Notes: generated by a model from the sequence alone, not told the origin. Numbered from the stretch's first letter, positions 1-13,987 are shown. The stretch: DNA of 64,000 bases from Eledone cirrhosa (GCA_964016885.1 CAXHJY010000736.1:141174-205173); one strand, 5' to 3'. A program made the numbers and translations.

Positions 1-208
1 ATCTCCTCTCAGTTATAAAAACTATCTCTTTCTCTCTATCACCCATCTCTCCCTCTCATCTCCTTCCCTTTTCATCCTTTTCTCCCCCCCCTCTCTAAAT
101 AAAATATTTTTCCCAATATCACACATCAATCTAAAACCACTTTTCATATGTTGATTTAAAACTGCACTATCAACAAGTGTTTTTTAGCCTTCATATCATG
201 TTCTCCTG

Positions 209-275
209 TTTTATCTGATGAAAACACAAATATTATTGTTTGATGATGTTTGTTTTTGAAATGCGCATAATAAAA
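209..275 (+). ncRNA. Minimal type-I hammerhead ribozyme (family A)
   Basis: Stem I ttttat(209-214)/ataaaa(270-275); core CTGATGA 215-221; AU-rich stem II; GAAA 258-261; palindromic stem III tgcgca; TA cleavage site. Second copy at 31264-31330. Confidence 0.8.
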
Positions 276-305
276 TATATGGAACTCCTTTAACCATCTT
301 TTGAT

Positions 306-401
<96 letters not shown>

Positions 402-432
402 TAGTTATGTAATAAACAACATAAGGCAATTA

Positions 433-492
433 TTCCATTTACCAGTGGTTTCTTAAAAGCAAAAGATTTTGCTTTCAATCCTCGGAATGAAA
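433..492 (-). ncRNA. Hammerhead ribozyme family B, core variant CCGAGGA (probably impaired)
   Basis: Reverse complement reads ttcatt-CCGAGGA-ttgaaagcaaaatcttttgcttttaa-GAAA-ccactgg-TA-aatggaa. Confidence 0.7.
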
Positions 493-1080
493 AAATCCTG
501 GTCTGTTTATTGAATTTGGATTTTAAAAACAAAAATGCATATGAAAGTGAGGCTGGAGAAGGAAGAAGGAAAGGAAAAATAAAATAAAACTACACATGCA
601 AACACACACACAAAAACACAAAAGCATACATACACACACACACATATATATACATATATATACATACATATACATACACATATATATACACATACATACA
701 CTCATACATACACACACGCACACATATATGTGTATATAAATACACACAAACACATATATACATACGCACATAAATATCAACACATCCATACATACAAATA
801 CATATATACAACCACACACACATATATACACACATACATACACATAGAAACATAAATATAAATACATATACATACACACATATACATACATATATATATA
901 TATACACATATACATATATATATATATGTGTACAAGCATACACATACACAAACATAGCCATACACACATACATAAACATACATACATACATGCACACAAT
1001 CATACATATATACACATGTACATACATACACATACATAAATGCACTCCTCTACATATTCGCACACGCAAATAAATATAAG

Positions 1081-1112
<32 letters not shown>

Positions 1113-1445
1113 AAAAATTTTGACAGCGATACAGAACGCAGCTAACTGGACAGACACGCGTGGTAAGTAATACACACAAATGCACGTATACATACGTACG
1201 AAATAGTAAATACATACACACTCTCGCACATAAATATACATATACAAATACATAAACACATACATACACATACATGCACAAACACGCACACGTATACAAT
1301 TATACACACACATATGTATATGTAATTATACACACACACATATATATATATATATATACATAAATATAAACATACACACACACACATATATGTATACATA
1401 CACACATACAAATACGTACATATCATAAACACGCACAACCAAATA

Positions 1446-1535
<90 letters not shown>

Positions 1536-1650
1536 TACACATATACATGTGTGTGTGTGTAAAACTCAGTCTTAGATAATTCATATGAACCTTACATATA
1601 CATATATATAGTAGTAAAGTAATAAAGTAATAAGCAACATAAGGCAATTA

Positions 1651-1710
1651 TTCCATTCACCAGTGATTTCTTAAAAGCAAAAAATTTTTCCTTCAATCTT
1701 CAGAATGAAA
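1651..1710 (-). ncRNA. Degenerate hammerhead ribozyme family B
   Basis: CTGAAGA...GAAA core and stem I are retained, but the cleavage site reads TG instead of TH and stem III has a mismatch. Confidence 0.55.
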
Positions 1711-1784
1711 AAAACCTGGTCTATCGACATATACATACATATATACACACAAATATATATATATACATATATATACACACATAT

Positions 1785-1825
<41 letters not shown>

Positions 1826-2005
1826 AATATACATACACATACACATAGGTATGTGAAGGGCAAGAATATATGGGGGGGGGGGGGGGGGCATAGGAAAAGG
1901 TGAAATATAAGGGTAGGTAAGGGACAAAAAAATATATATACAAGAGTACAGAAGGTAGATTCAGCAAAAAAAAACCGTAGCAGAAGTAAAGAGCAGGAAA
2001 GGAGT

Positions 2006-3110
2006 TCAAGGCGGTTGATTTATCATAGGAGTGTCAATCCAGTTACAGATCAGATGCAATTTCAGATGAGGACAGCATCTGAAGATCTCAGTCTTTGAGT
2101 TAAGGCAAGCGGAAGTGGCTCTCAAGTTTAGCAAAATCCTATACTTTTCTGTGGTACACAAAGAACAATTCTTTGTGCCCCTTTGGTACCCCCTCGAATG
2201 GTCTAATATAGACCAATCAATAGAGTACGGGATGTTACTATCCTTGAGTTCCCACACCTTACTTGCGAGGGCCGTTGATGTTCGTTTATCGGAGTGTTTA
2301 AAAGAAGCGACATGTGAGTAAAATCTGGTTTTAAACCTGTCCTGGGTCATACCGACATATCGCTCACTCCTGGCTGGCTGGTTGTTGATTACCGGTGTTA
2401 TCTTAGCCTCATAAACAACAGATTTGGTGTTACATTTACCTTGCAATGGGCATTCATCCGGCTTCCTGCAACTGCATCCTGGATTTATTCTCGTATGGTT
2501 TGAACTGGTGATTTTGGACTTCATAGATAGGCAACAAGAGTAGCTGATCTTAACTACGTTCCTATTAAATATCTTATAATATCTATGATTAGGAGGAAAG
2601 TGTTTGTCTAATAGTTCAAGGAATTTCCTTCCTACATTAGTTTTGACAGTTAGAGAGAAGGGGGGTGTGAACCAAATAATCTTCCTTTTCCTGTTATTGT
2701 GGTTAGTTTTAGGGGGGGGGGGAGTAGGTAAATAAGAAATTTTTTCTGTAAAACCGCTGTTCTTAAGGGCTTTATTATAATAAGGGGCGGCTTTATTAAA
2801 AATGTCTATAGACGAAGATAAGGTAGAAATCCTACGGCTAATGTTAGGAATAAGATTATTAAAAACTATAGGGGGATGGCAAGACTCTTTGTGTATATAC
2901 CTAAGTTTATGATAGGGTTTTAAAGAGGCGGTAAGTAGATCAAGATTAATATCAAGAAAGTTAGCATTAGTAAGGTTCGTATCTATAGTGATTTTAAGGT
3001 TAAGGTTAGCAAAAGTATTGATTAAATCTTTACGGAATTTATCAAGGTTATGGCCGTTGGTGGTATGGGAAACTGCTAATCCGTCATCACGGTATAAACC
3101 GATATTATGG
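2006..3110 (-). pseudogene. PLE RT C-terminus + Cys linker + GIY-YIG endonuclease (Hydra-clade-like), 5' truncated
   Basis: [50 protein letters not shown]...YVGMT...FKTRFYSH, C-terminal CSLC...CPH. Confidence 0.9.
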
Positions 3111-3144
3111 TGTATGTGTATGCTTGTACACACATATATATATA

Positions 3145-3193
<49 letters not shown>

Positions 3194-3436
3194 GTGTGTA
3201 TGTATATGTATTTATATTTATGTTTCTATGTGTATGTATGTGTGTATATATGTGTGTGTGGTTGTATATATGTATTTATGTGTATGGATGTGTTGATATT
3301 TATGTGCGTATGTATATATGTGTTTGTGTGTATTTATATACACATATATGTGTGTATATATGTGTGCGTGTGTGTATACATGAGTGTATGTATGTGTATA
3401 TATATGTGTATGTATATGTATGTATATATATGTATA

Positions 3437-3500
<64 letters not shown>

Positions 3501-3505
<5 letters not shown>

Positions 3506-3976
3506 GAATAATCGAGTATCGGAAAATCAGCTCACGAATTTACGTTAAACAAAATCCGACATGAGTGGCAGAGGGCTCAATAATTCAGATAAATCAGAGC
3601 TATAACTATCGTTAAGATACCAACACACAAAGATCATGCCTAAAATCACCCGTGCAGCTGAAAAATAACGACCAGGAAGATTCGGGTCACTCAGATAAAA
3701 TATCAATAAATCAATAAATTATATGAATGAAAAAACTTACCCGGACCCACTAGAAAGGTGGTAAATGTAGCTTCTTGGGTTTCTGCTATTCCTTAATCCG
3801 CCCCCTATCAGCCCACATAAAAATATATAAGACTTCTAGGGAGAGGAGGGACCGGAATAACTTTATCAACGGGCCATGTCCGACGAAAGAAGAAATTAAC
3901 TATAGCTAGACGCACATGGAGTCCAGCAAGGGAGATAACCTCTATATTCGCGAAAGATAATCGGTAATGTGGAAAT
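3501..3976. mobile_element. Diverged partial monomer related to the 616-bp tandem unit
   Basis: Shares colinear blocks with 20515-21010: atcgagtatcg, ggcagagggctcaataattcagat, tcagagctataactatcgttaa, tacccggacccactaga, caagggagat, aatgtggaaata. Flanked by TA. Confidence 0.8.
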
Positions 3977-4152
3977 ATATATATAAATATATATATGTGT
4001 GTGTGTGTATGTATGCTTTTGTGTTTTTGTGTGTGTGTTTGCATGTGTAGTTTTATTTTATTTTTCCTTTCGTTCTTCCTTCTCCAGCCTCACTTTCATA
4101 TAGATTGCATTTTTGTTTTTAAAATCCAAATTCAATAAACAGACCAGGATTT

Positions 4153-4212
4153 TTTCACTCTGAGGATTGAAAGCAAAATCTTTTGGTTTTAAGAAACCAC
4201 TGGTAAATGGAA
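4153..4212 (+). ncRNA. Hammerhead ribozyme family B
   Basis: tttcact-CTGAGGA(4160-66)-stem II ttgaaagc..ggttttaa-GAAA(4193-96)-ccactgg-TA-aatggaa. Confidence 0.8.
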
Positions 4213-4308
4213 TAATTGCCTTATGTTGTTTATTACATAACTATTAAGCTGTGTTACCTACATAGAACACTCTTTTTTCCTGGACTTTTCCGATGGAATT
4301 ACTTCATT

Positions 4309-4424
<116 letters not shown>

Positions 4425-4861
4425 CATATCTATATATCTATATATATATACATATCTATATATCTATATATATATATATACATATCTATATATATATATA
4501 CATATCTATATATCTCTATATATATACATATCTATATATATATATACATATCTATATATCTATATATATATATACATATCTATATATCTATATATATATA
4601 TACATATCTATATATATATATATACATATACATATCTATATATATATACATATCTATATATATATACATATCTCTATATATATACATATCTATATATATA
4701 TATATATATACATATCTCTATATATATATATACATATCTCTATATATATATATACATATCTCTCTCTCTATATATATATACATACATATATATATATATA
4801 GTAATATATACATACATATCTATATATATATATATATACATACATACATATCTATATATAT

Positions 4862-5319
4862 ATGGTGGCTGCCAACTCGTTTTCGAGTACGGCCACTACT
4901 TTATATCCATGTAGGAGAACCCCTACTGATGCGCTGAACGAGTGTGACTTTTTAGTCCAGCCAGCGACTTGAAAGCTCTGGTACAAACACTACACTTGTG
5001 ACAATTATTGACACATAGTGCTGGGCCCATGGTACCATGTGACGACAAATGCAGAGAGATCTCCAGATACAAAGCAATGCCTGTGCCGTGAAGCTTTTAT
5101 AGTGAGCAAAGGCACTGCACAATGCCAGTCCCACTCTCTTAACCAAGATGATATTTACCAAAAAGAAGAACAAGTCAACATCATTGGATACCATCAGGGT
5201 TGCAGGTGTTATATCAGAGTTTTCCTTCTCCTAGAATTCCGCCTTGACAAAGGCTAAGGGGTCATCTCTCCCGGTGATTTTGGATGGCCATTGACTCTTA
5301 AGAGCTCCTTTGCCTTTTG
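4862..5319 (-). mobile_element. Short non-autonomous RTE-like retroposon, 5' truncated (copy 1 of 5)
   Basis: Near-identical to 31481-32077, 61068-61245, 61398-61748 and 62010-62521. All share one end and sit in TA tracts. Confidence 0.75.
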
Positions 5320-5386
5320 ATATGTATGTATATATATATATATATATACATACATATTTATATATATATATATATATATACATATC

Positions 5387-5487
<101 letters not shown>

Positions 5488-5506
5488 CCATATATATATC
5501 TATATA

Positions 5507-5557
<51 letters not shown>

Positions 5558-5616
5558 CCATATATATATCTATATACATATATATATATATACATATATA
5601 TATATCCATATATATA

Positions 5617-5675
<59 letters not shown>

Positions 5676-5794
5676 CCACATATATATATATATATATCCA
5701 TATATATATATATATATATCCACATATATATATATATATTCATATATATATATATATATCCATATATATATATATATATATATCCATATATATA

Positions 5795-8700
5795 TATCTA
5801 TCTATCTAAGGCGGGTAAAATTCCCGAGATCCATGGACGAGTTCTCTCCAGCGGTCTCTGTCCCTCATTATCGCTGCCATATCCTGCATCTCCAACAGAC
5901 CAGTGTCTGTCCTTAGGGCATCAACATATGTTAACCTTGGTCTTCCTCTTCTAGTGTGTCCATGTAGGGGCTCCCAAATGAGCACTGAGTGCAATGTCAA
6001 CTCTGGATGTCGGTGAGTATGTCCAGCCAACCTCAGTCTCCTCTGTGTCACCTTTGAGCTGACTTTTGGGATGCTCCCATACAGCTCTGAGTTTTTCATC
6101 CTCAGTGTATACTGATTAATGTTCAGAGCCATCCTCAGCATTCTCGTGTAGCACCCATCCACCATCTGAGTGAGTTTCTTGGTCAGTGTCCAAGTCTCAG
6201 ACCCATACAGCAGCACAGACTCCACTACAGCAATGAAGAGGCGGATTTTCAGGTCTCTACGAAGGTCCGACTTCCACACCGATCTCAAACTGTGGCACGC
6301 CGCCCAGGCCTTGCTCTTCCTCTCAACCACATCATCCTCCGTATTCCCAATCCTTGCTCCCAAATACAGGAAGTCCTCAACCAATTCCAGCGGCTTCCCG
6401 CCTACATTAGTGATCCCCTCTGGCTTCTCAACATTCTCTACCAGATATTTTGTTTTAGTCTCATTCATTCTCAGCCCCACACTCATCGACACAGTCTCAA
6501 CCTCCCGCATCAAATCCTCTGCCTCCTTCACTGTATTTGTCACCAAAACTATGTCGTCGGCAAATTCAGCATCCGATACCTTTTTCGCCCCAACTCTCCT
6601 GCTCTGAGCCGGTGCTACAGTAAAGCCAGAGTCCTGGTGTTTCTCCAGTGCAAGGCGCATACAATAGGCCACTACGATGACAAAAAGGTAGGGAGCCAAT
6701 GTATCTCCCTGGAGCACTCCAGCCAGTATCTCAAAGAACTCTGTCATCCCATCAGGTGTAATGACTTGGACTTTGGTGTTGGTGTAGAGCAGTGATATCA
6801 GGTCCACTATCCTCTTGGGGATTCCATAAGCCTGTAAGATCTTCATCAGGCAGTAACGGTCCACAGAATCAAAGGCCTTCCTAAAGTCAATGAAAACCAT
6901 GACCGCAGGAAGGCACTTTGCTCTAGCTCCCTTTAATATCCTCCTCAGCATCAGGATGTGACTGGTGGTTGATCTACCCTCTCTGAAGCCGTTCTGGTTG
7001 TCCCTGAGCTTCTTCTCCATCTCAGGCTGGATCCTGTTAAGAATCATCCTGTTGAGGGTCTTTGCCACAAGTGACGTCAGTGAGATCCCCCGGTAGTTGT
7101 TGGTGTTAGAGAGATCTCCCTTCTTTGGCACTGGGACGATGTTACTGATCCTCCACTGATTCGGGGCAACTCCTTTCTCCAGTGCCCCGTTACAGAACCC
7201 CAGGATGATATCATCAAAATCACACCTCTTCATCACCTCTGATGCCACTCCATCTTCTCCATGAGCCTTGCCCTCCTTGATCTTCTTCTTGGCTCTCTGA
7301 AGCTCCTCTCTGGTGAAGGGCTCTGTCTCAACATCCAGTTCCTCAAACAGCCGCCTGATCTCCCCAGTGCTCTGGGCTGTGGAGGGTGGCTCTCCTAGTA
7401 GGGTCCTAAAATGGTCTAGCCATTTCCTCTTCCTATCCTCGGGCCCCGTTCCCTGGATCTGACTCGAACACCTTTTCTTCCTCCCTGTGATCTCGTTGAT
7501 GATCATCCAGCTCTCCTTACATCCAGATCTTTCAACCGCTCTCTCCACACTTCTGATCTTCTCTATCAGTGCCTCCTCTCTGACCTCAGTGTAAGCGGTA
7601 CAGGGCTCTTCCCTCATCACCTTCACAGTCTCCATCCTCTCCTCCGTAGGATCAGCATAGAATTGGTCCCTGGCAGCTTTCAGGTGTTCTCTGGCTGCAC
7701 ACACTTTTGGGTTTGCAGAGCTGACGTGCTTCCCTTTGTTCTTTTTCCTCGGCATCAGGGTTTCACTTGCTTTCGCCACTGCATTGGTGAAGTGCCCGTA
7801 CCTCCTCGTCACACTCTCCTCAGTCCATCCAATCTCTCTCTCCTCTGACTCTCCACACAGAGCACTAAACCTGTTTCTCACTTCCACTGTGAACCTCTCC
7901 TGTAGCTTATCATCTTCCTTGAAAGCTCCCCAGTCATAGATTGTTCTCCGGGGCTGAGCCTTGCTCTTTCTTAAGCTCACGCGGACCTCACTCATAACAA
8001 GCCGGTGGTCACTACCCAGTGTACTGAAATAGCTGTATGGTTCCGTGTTCAGAACACTATTCCGCCACTTTTTCCTCACCAGAATGAAATCAATCTGGGA
8101 CTTGGACAGGTGCATATCTGAGATGTAGGTCCACATCTTCCCCAGATTCTTCCTAAACCTTAGGTTGGTCACCATCAAGTTCGCCTCCAGCAGGGTGTCT
8201 CTCAGTAGTCTTCCATTTCGGTTGGTGTTGTTATGGAAGTACCAGCAAGGATCTTCACTGCCCTCCTTACTCAGATGTGCATTGAAGTCCCCCAAAACAA
8301 GCAGGATATTGTGTGCCTGAGTGGTGTTGACAGCTCTACACACCTCCTCATGGAACTCCTCCGCATTCACATCACTGTCCCCCTCGGTTGGACTATAGGC
8401 TGAGATGACTGTCAGTCTTGGATTTCCATTGAAGGTCACACTCAACACTCGGGGGGAGATAGGCATTATTTCCCTCACCAACAGATTGGTTTTTGCACTG
8501 AACACAAAACCCACTCCTCCCACTGCAGCATTTGTTGTGTTCGTCACTGCCGATGTAGTGATGAGCTGGCTCCTCCTCCCGATCATCACACTCCTCACGG
8601 GCTCATCGTGTAGAATCCTGTGTTCTTGGATCGCAAGTATCTGTATACCACTCTCCTCGAACAGATATCCCAACTCCTCTCTCTTCTCCAGCGTCCGAAT

Positions 8701-9109
8701 AGTCCTCACATTCAAAGTGCCCATTTTGATGGCTCTTCTGCAGGACAAAACAGCATTCTTTATATTTGTCTCAGAGACAGCTGATCCATCATCCACTGGC
8801 CCTCTCTGTGGCTCTAAGCCAGCAGAGTCATAACGACCAGGCTGCTCCTTGACAGTGTAATTAGGGGCTCTAACCCTAGTGCTGTTAGATCGACTCTCCA
8901 TATTTCTTTTCAATGGCTGACAATACCTTACCGGCGCCACTCGAATAAGGTAGTTATTTAACCCATAAATGGAGCCCTAACAGGTACTACCACCCCGGGC
9001 CAGGGCAGACCTGGGAGTCATGACAACTAAGGGGTAACTCCACATTCCCCACATCTCCTGAACTCCCGAACTGGAGCCTTGCCACTGGATGTAGTTTAAT
9101 GTCATACCC

Positions 9110-9114
<5 letters not shown>
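5795..9114 (-). mobile_element. Full-length or near full-length RTE-superfamily LINE (family R1)
   Basis: Single APE-RT ORF, ~170-bp 5' region and (TAGA)n tail right after the stop. The same (TA)nCCA tract variant lies on both sides. Confidence 0.9.
5806..8940 (-). CDS. LINE APE endonuclease-reverse transcriptase, 1044 aa, uninterrupted
   Basis: [31 protein letters not shown] (APE). [59 protein letters not shown] (RT/RTE). The true start is probably one of the downstream ATGs. Confidence 0.95.
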   Translation of the reverse strand: MAPVRYCQPLKRNMESRSNSTRVRAPNYTVKEQPGRYDSAGLEPQRGPVDDGSAVSETNIKNAVLSCRRAIKMGTLNVRTIRTLEKREELGYLFEESGIQILAIQEHRILHDEPVRSVMIGRRSQLITTSAVTNTTNAAVGGVGFVFSAKTNLLVREIMPISPRVLSVTFNGNPRLTVISAYSPTEGDSDVNAEEFHEEVCRAVNTTQAHNILLVLGDFNAHLSKEGSEDPCWYFHNNTNRNGRLLRDTLLEANLMVTNLRFRKNLGKMWTYISDMHLSKSQIDFILVRKKWRNSVLNTEPYSYFSTLGSDHRLVMSEVRVSLRKSKAQPRRTIYDWGAFKEDDKLQERFTVEVRNRFSALCGESEEREIGWTEESVTRRYGHFTNAVAKASETLMPRKKNKGKHVSSANPKVCAAREHLKAARDQFYADPTEERMETVKVMREEPCTAYTEVREEALIEKIRSVERAVERSGCKESWMIINEITGRKKRCSSQIQGTGPEDRKRKWLDHFRTLLGEPPSTAQSTGEIRRLFEELDVETEPFTREELQRAKKKIKEGKAHGEDGVASEVMKRCDFDDIILGFCNGALEKGVAPNQWRISNIVPVPKKGDLSNTNNYRGISLTSLVAKTLNRMILNRIQPEMEKKLRDNQNGFREGRSTTSHILMLRRILKGARAKCLPAVMVFIDFRKAFDSVDRYCLMKILQAYGIPKRIVDLISLLYTNTKVQVITPDGMTEFFEILAGVLQGDTLAPYLFVIVVAYCMRLALEKHQDSGFTVAPAQSRRVGAKKVSDAEFADDIVLVTNTVKEAEDLMREVETVSMSVGLRMNETKTKYLVENVEKPEGITNVGGKPLELVEDFLYLGARIGNTEDDVVERKSKAWAACHSLRSVWKSDLRRDLKIRLFIAVVESVLLYGSETWTLTKKLTQMVDGCYTRMLRMALNINQYTLRMKNSELYGSIPKVSSKVTQRRLRLAGHTHRHPELTLHSVLIWEPLHGHTRRGRPRLTYVDALRTDTGLLEMQDMAAIMRDRDRWRELVHGSREFYPP

Positions 9115-9160
<46 letters not shown>

Positions 9161-9216
9161 ATATATATATATATATCCATATATATATATATATCCATAT
9201 ATATATATATATATAT

Positions 9217-9306
<90 letters not shown>

Positions 9307-9324
9307 ATATATATATATATATAT

Positions 9325-9358
<34 letters not shown>

Positions 9359-9376
9359 ATATATATATATATATAT

Positions 9377-9453
<77 letters not shown>

Positions 9454-9467
9454 TATATATACATATA

Positions 9468-9498
<31 letters not shown>

Positions 9499-9526
9499 AT
9501 ACATATAAATATACATATATATATAC

Positions 9527-9557
<31 letters not shown>

Positions 9558-9570
9558 TATACATATAAAT

Positions 9571-9627
<57 letters not shown>

Positions 9628-9628
9628 A

Positions 9629-9679
<51 letters not shown>

Positions 9680-9683
<4 letters not shown>

Positions 9684-9869
9684 AATGAAGTAATTCCATC
9701 GGAAAAGTCCAGGAAAAAAGAGTGCTCTATGTAAGCAACAGAGCTTAATTATTATTATTATGTAATAAACAACATAAGGCAATTATTCCATTTACCAGTG
9801 GTTTCTTAAAAGCAAAAGGTTTTGCTTTCAATCCTCAGAATGAAAATTGCCTTATGTTGTTTATTACAT

Positions 9870-9876
<7 letters not shown>
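9680..9876 (-). mobile_element. Miniature fold-back fragment of the family-B pseudo-LTR
   Basis: 9680-9845 is the reverse complement of ~4150-4310. 9845-9876 is an inverted copy of 9752-9784. Confidence 0.75.
9786..9845 (-). ncRNA. Hammerhead ribozyme family B, intact
   Basis: Reverse complement: tttcatt-CTGAGGA-ttgaaagcaaaaccttttgcttttaa-GAAA-ccactgg-TA-aatggaa. Confidence 0.85.
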
Positions 9877-9913
<37 letters not shown>

Positions 9914-9934
9914 TATATATATATATATACATAT

Positions 9935-9993
<59 letters not shown>

Positions 9994-10096
9994 ATATACA
10001 TATAATCTATATATATATATATATAATATATATATATATATACATATAATATATATATATATACATATAATATATATATATATGTACATATAATAA

Positions 10097-10140
<44 letters not shown>

Positions 10141-10150
10141 TATATATATA

Positions 10151-10197
<47 letters not shown>

Positions 10198-10391
10198 ACA
10201 TAAACCCCCACACCTACAACTCCCTCCCCATTTCTACTAATAGAACCACTTTCCTACACACATATATATATATACACACACACAAAATATATATTCTCTC
10301 CATCTTAACATACTCGCACACACACACATAACACCCATATACACACACACACAACTCCCTCCCCCATCTCTACTAATAGAATCATCTTCCA

Positions 10392-10454
<63 letters not shown>

Positions 10455-11131
10455 CAAGCACACAAATAAACATACATATCTTCACTTCAATAGAAAATCT
10501 GAACTCTGACACCCCGGCGAGCTGGCCATATTCACTGAACCAGAACATTTCTCCCAATCCCTTTTCTCTTGACCACTATCTCTCTATTGTCATAACATTC
10601 ACTATAAAGACTACAGAATAGTTTTCCAAATAAGGGCGCAAAAATGTAATGAAAACTTGTTCACGTGACAGCCAAATTTCATTTATAACCAACCAAAAAA
10701 AAGCCTTCGTGAGCCTCCTTTTTTCAAGTAAAAAGAAATTCAAACACTCATATATGAAAAAACAACCTGTGACAACCCCCCTCTCTTATTTGAAGAACTA
10801 TTGTAACGCGAACTGGCGCGAAATATATTATAATTATTGACAAACCAATCAAATTACTTCTCGAAGAACCTGGCAATTCGAGCCACTTTTTCCATATAAA
10901 ACAAGTAACATTCAGAGACCAACCAGATGTGAGAAAAACCACAGACCCTCCATCTCAACTCACCTTTTGAAAAGCAGAAGAACTGCGAAACCGGTAAAGG
11001 AACCAAATAAATATATATATTTTTAAAACAAATAAGACTCCAGTTGCATTTTCGATTTCATCTCTTTTTCTTTATACTTTCACTCGTGTAGGACACCTCG
11101 GTTATTTTTCATTTTGTAAAAAAAACCTCAC

Positions 11132-11204
<73 letters not shown>

Positions 11205-11209
<5 letters not shown>

Positions 11210-13750
11210 AGGATGAATATAAAATGAAAGTGCTTTTGTTAAAAAAGGAATTTATTAGGTATTGACATATGTTTCTGTAACAGACCGAATACCTATGTAT
11301 CGCTGCTTGCGTAATCATATAATGTTAGCAAGTATTCGATAGCAAATGTATAATCAGTTGTCACTTCTTCAGAGATTTTGGATAAACTGGATAAAATCAG
11401 AAAAATTGAAGTATTTATATTAGTAAAAGAGGAAGGAACAGAGGGGATAGAATATGACAGATGGTAAAATAATTTACTGCTAAACAAGTATATAATGGGT
11501 TTTTAATGAGAATACCATGAGTAAATCTAAATAAGAATTTTGGGAGTGCCAATTATTATGGAAGCGAGAAAAACTATAGTTAAATTCGATAATAGCTACT
11601 GGGTTCGCAAAGATAGACCTTCTAATTTTGATATCACTATGGGTTCTAATGATTCGGCGGAAGTAACAGATCTTGTGGGAATTTATATCACCCACAGATT
11701 ACAAGGAAAATTCAAGGATCTCCACGGTGGAATTTACCGTGACGATGCGCTCCTATTAGTTAAGAATATGAATAATCAGAATTTAGAAAGGATGCGTAAA
11801 AATATCAGAAAACTTTTAAAGAACTAGGATTAAATATTACATTTGAATATAACCTCAAAGAGGTCAATTTCCTTGATGTTACTTTCAATCTCAATACAGA
11901 TACGATTAAACCGTTCCATAAACTAAATGAGAACCTTAAATATGTAAATACGAGTTCTAACCATCCACTCTCTATAATTAAATCCATCCCTAGAAATGTT
12001 TCTCTTAGAATCTCCCGCCTATCGTCCAACCAACAAACCTTCAAAGAACATGCCGAGTATTATGATGATGCACTTAGGAAAGCCGGTCACCTAGATAATA
12101 TAGAGTATATAGTCAATGATCACCAAAACACCCAAAATAAATCACATAGGAGTAGAAATAGCACAGAATCACCACCATACATACACTACCGCAATAGACA
12201 CAATAATAGTCGCACACCACCAAACAGAAGGCGATGTAAGGAGTATATCTGGTACAACCCGGTCTATAACAAATCTATTAAAACCAATCTACCCTCAAAA
12301 TTCTTTCGATTAGTTAGAAAACACTTTCCAACATCACATAAATATAATAAAATCTTAAACCCTAACACCATCCGACTTTCATATTCAACCGCCCCTAATA
12401 TTGAACAACATATAAAAATGCTTAACGCAAAACGGTTGTATAAACGCCTTCCAACACATAACAATACACGTAAAACATTAGCTATAACATCACAAAACAA
12501 CAAACAACATCCTGTCCTACATAAGCAACCTCATCAACCCATCCATGGCAATACAACAACGCAAAATTGTAATTGCAACTGTGTCCAACCAGGAATGTGT
12601 CCGTTGAACAATCAGTGTCTTGAACGCAACATCGTATACAAATGTACTATCGAATCGGATAGACAGAAGTGGTACTATGTGGGATCTACAGCCACCTCCT
12701 TTAAATCACGCCTTTAGAGACATCGTTATTCGATAAAACATGAAAACCAGCGTTATGTAACAACACTCGCAGACAAGGCTTGGCAGCTGCGTGAAAATAA
12801 CCAACAATTTCACCTAAAATGGGATATAATAGCGGCTGCCCCCCCCATACTCCAATGGACAGGAATTTTGTAAATTATGTAATGTAGAATTATTTTGTAT
12901 TATGAAATCCAAAAACATTTTATTAAATAACAGAATAGAGCGATCGTTATACTGTAACCATCGCTTAAAATCTACATTTTCATATTATAAATACTACCAG
13001 GATTGAACGCCTGTCTCTATCCCCGTTTGATTGTCAAAATAGATATGAACATTCTTTATTAGTCTTAATTCTATCAACTCTTCTATTATTTACCTTTTAA
13101 TACAAACTGCTATAGATAAAATGAGATTTCTGATTTCTTGATTCAATTCCCTAGTGCAAATACCAGCTGACTACTAGCATTGATGTTATTTAGTAGCAAT
13201 CGAAATCTCCCCCTTCCCCAATTGACACTTTATGATTAATACTACTGCACCAAATGACCAGCCCTGTCCACTGTCCAGTTGGTCAAGTAGAGATTAAAAT
13301 CGGCACTCCCAAAATTCTTATTTAGATTTACTCATGGTATTCTCATTAAAAACCCATTATATACTTGTTTAGCAGTAAATTATTTTACCATCTGTCATAT
13401 TCTATCCCCTCTGTTCCTTCCTCTTTTACTAATATAAATACTTCAATTTTTCTGATTTTATCCAGTTTATCCAAAATCTCTGAAGAAGTGACAACTGATT
13501 ATATATTTGCTATCGAATACTTGCTAACATTATATGATTACGCAAGCAGCGATACATAGGTATTCGGTCTGTTACAGAAACATATGTCAATACCTAATAA
13601 ATTCCTTTTTTAACAAAAGCACTTTCATTTTATATTCATCCTTTCTACATTTCTCCGGAATATAATTTATACTCGTTGAGCAAACCTGCACGTACGCTGT
13701 TCATCTCTAACGTAACGATATATTATCACTACATTATTGATAACCTGAAA
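11205..13750 (+). mobile_element. Decayed 5'-truncated PLE with 5' inverted pseudo-LTR segment
   Basis: 11205-11550 is the reverse complement of 13302-13648 and abuts the ORF remnant. TA tracts on both sides. Confidence 0.85.
11551..12990 (+). pseudogene. PLE RT-GIY-YIG remnant (Hydra-clade-like) with stops and frameshifts
   Basis: FDITMGSNDSAEVTDLVG, GGIYRDD, CNCVQPGMCPLNNQC, IVYKC...YVGST; split over several short ORFs. Confidence 0.9.
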
Positions 13751-13754
13751 TTTT

Positions 13755-13769
13755 ATATGTATATATATG

Positions 13770-13824
<55 letters not shown>

Positions 13825-13944
13825 TATATACATATAATATATATATATATATATATTATATATATACGTATACATATATATATATATCATATAATATATA
13901 TATATATATATATATAATATATATATATATATAATATATATATA

Positions 13945-13987
<43 letters not shown>

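Larger units (their letters stand above)
405..3110 (-). mobile_element. 5'-truncated Penelope-like element (PLE) with long microsatellite-containing 3' region carrying two hammerhead copies
   Basis: RT/GIY-YIG ORF remnant 2006-3110. The downstream region holds a duplicated ~110-bp hammerhead module (410-510 and 1630-1722). An inverted copy of 405-950 abuts the truncation point at ~3107. Confidence 0.8.

Noticed and set aside
6170-8833. Plus-strand ORFs overlapping the LINE (and similar antisense ORFs at 25584-28802 and 38219-40385)
   Set aside because: Antisense shadows of RT ORFs with no independent motifs.
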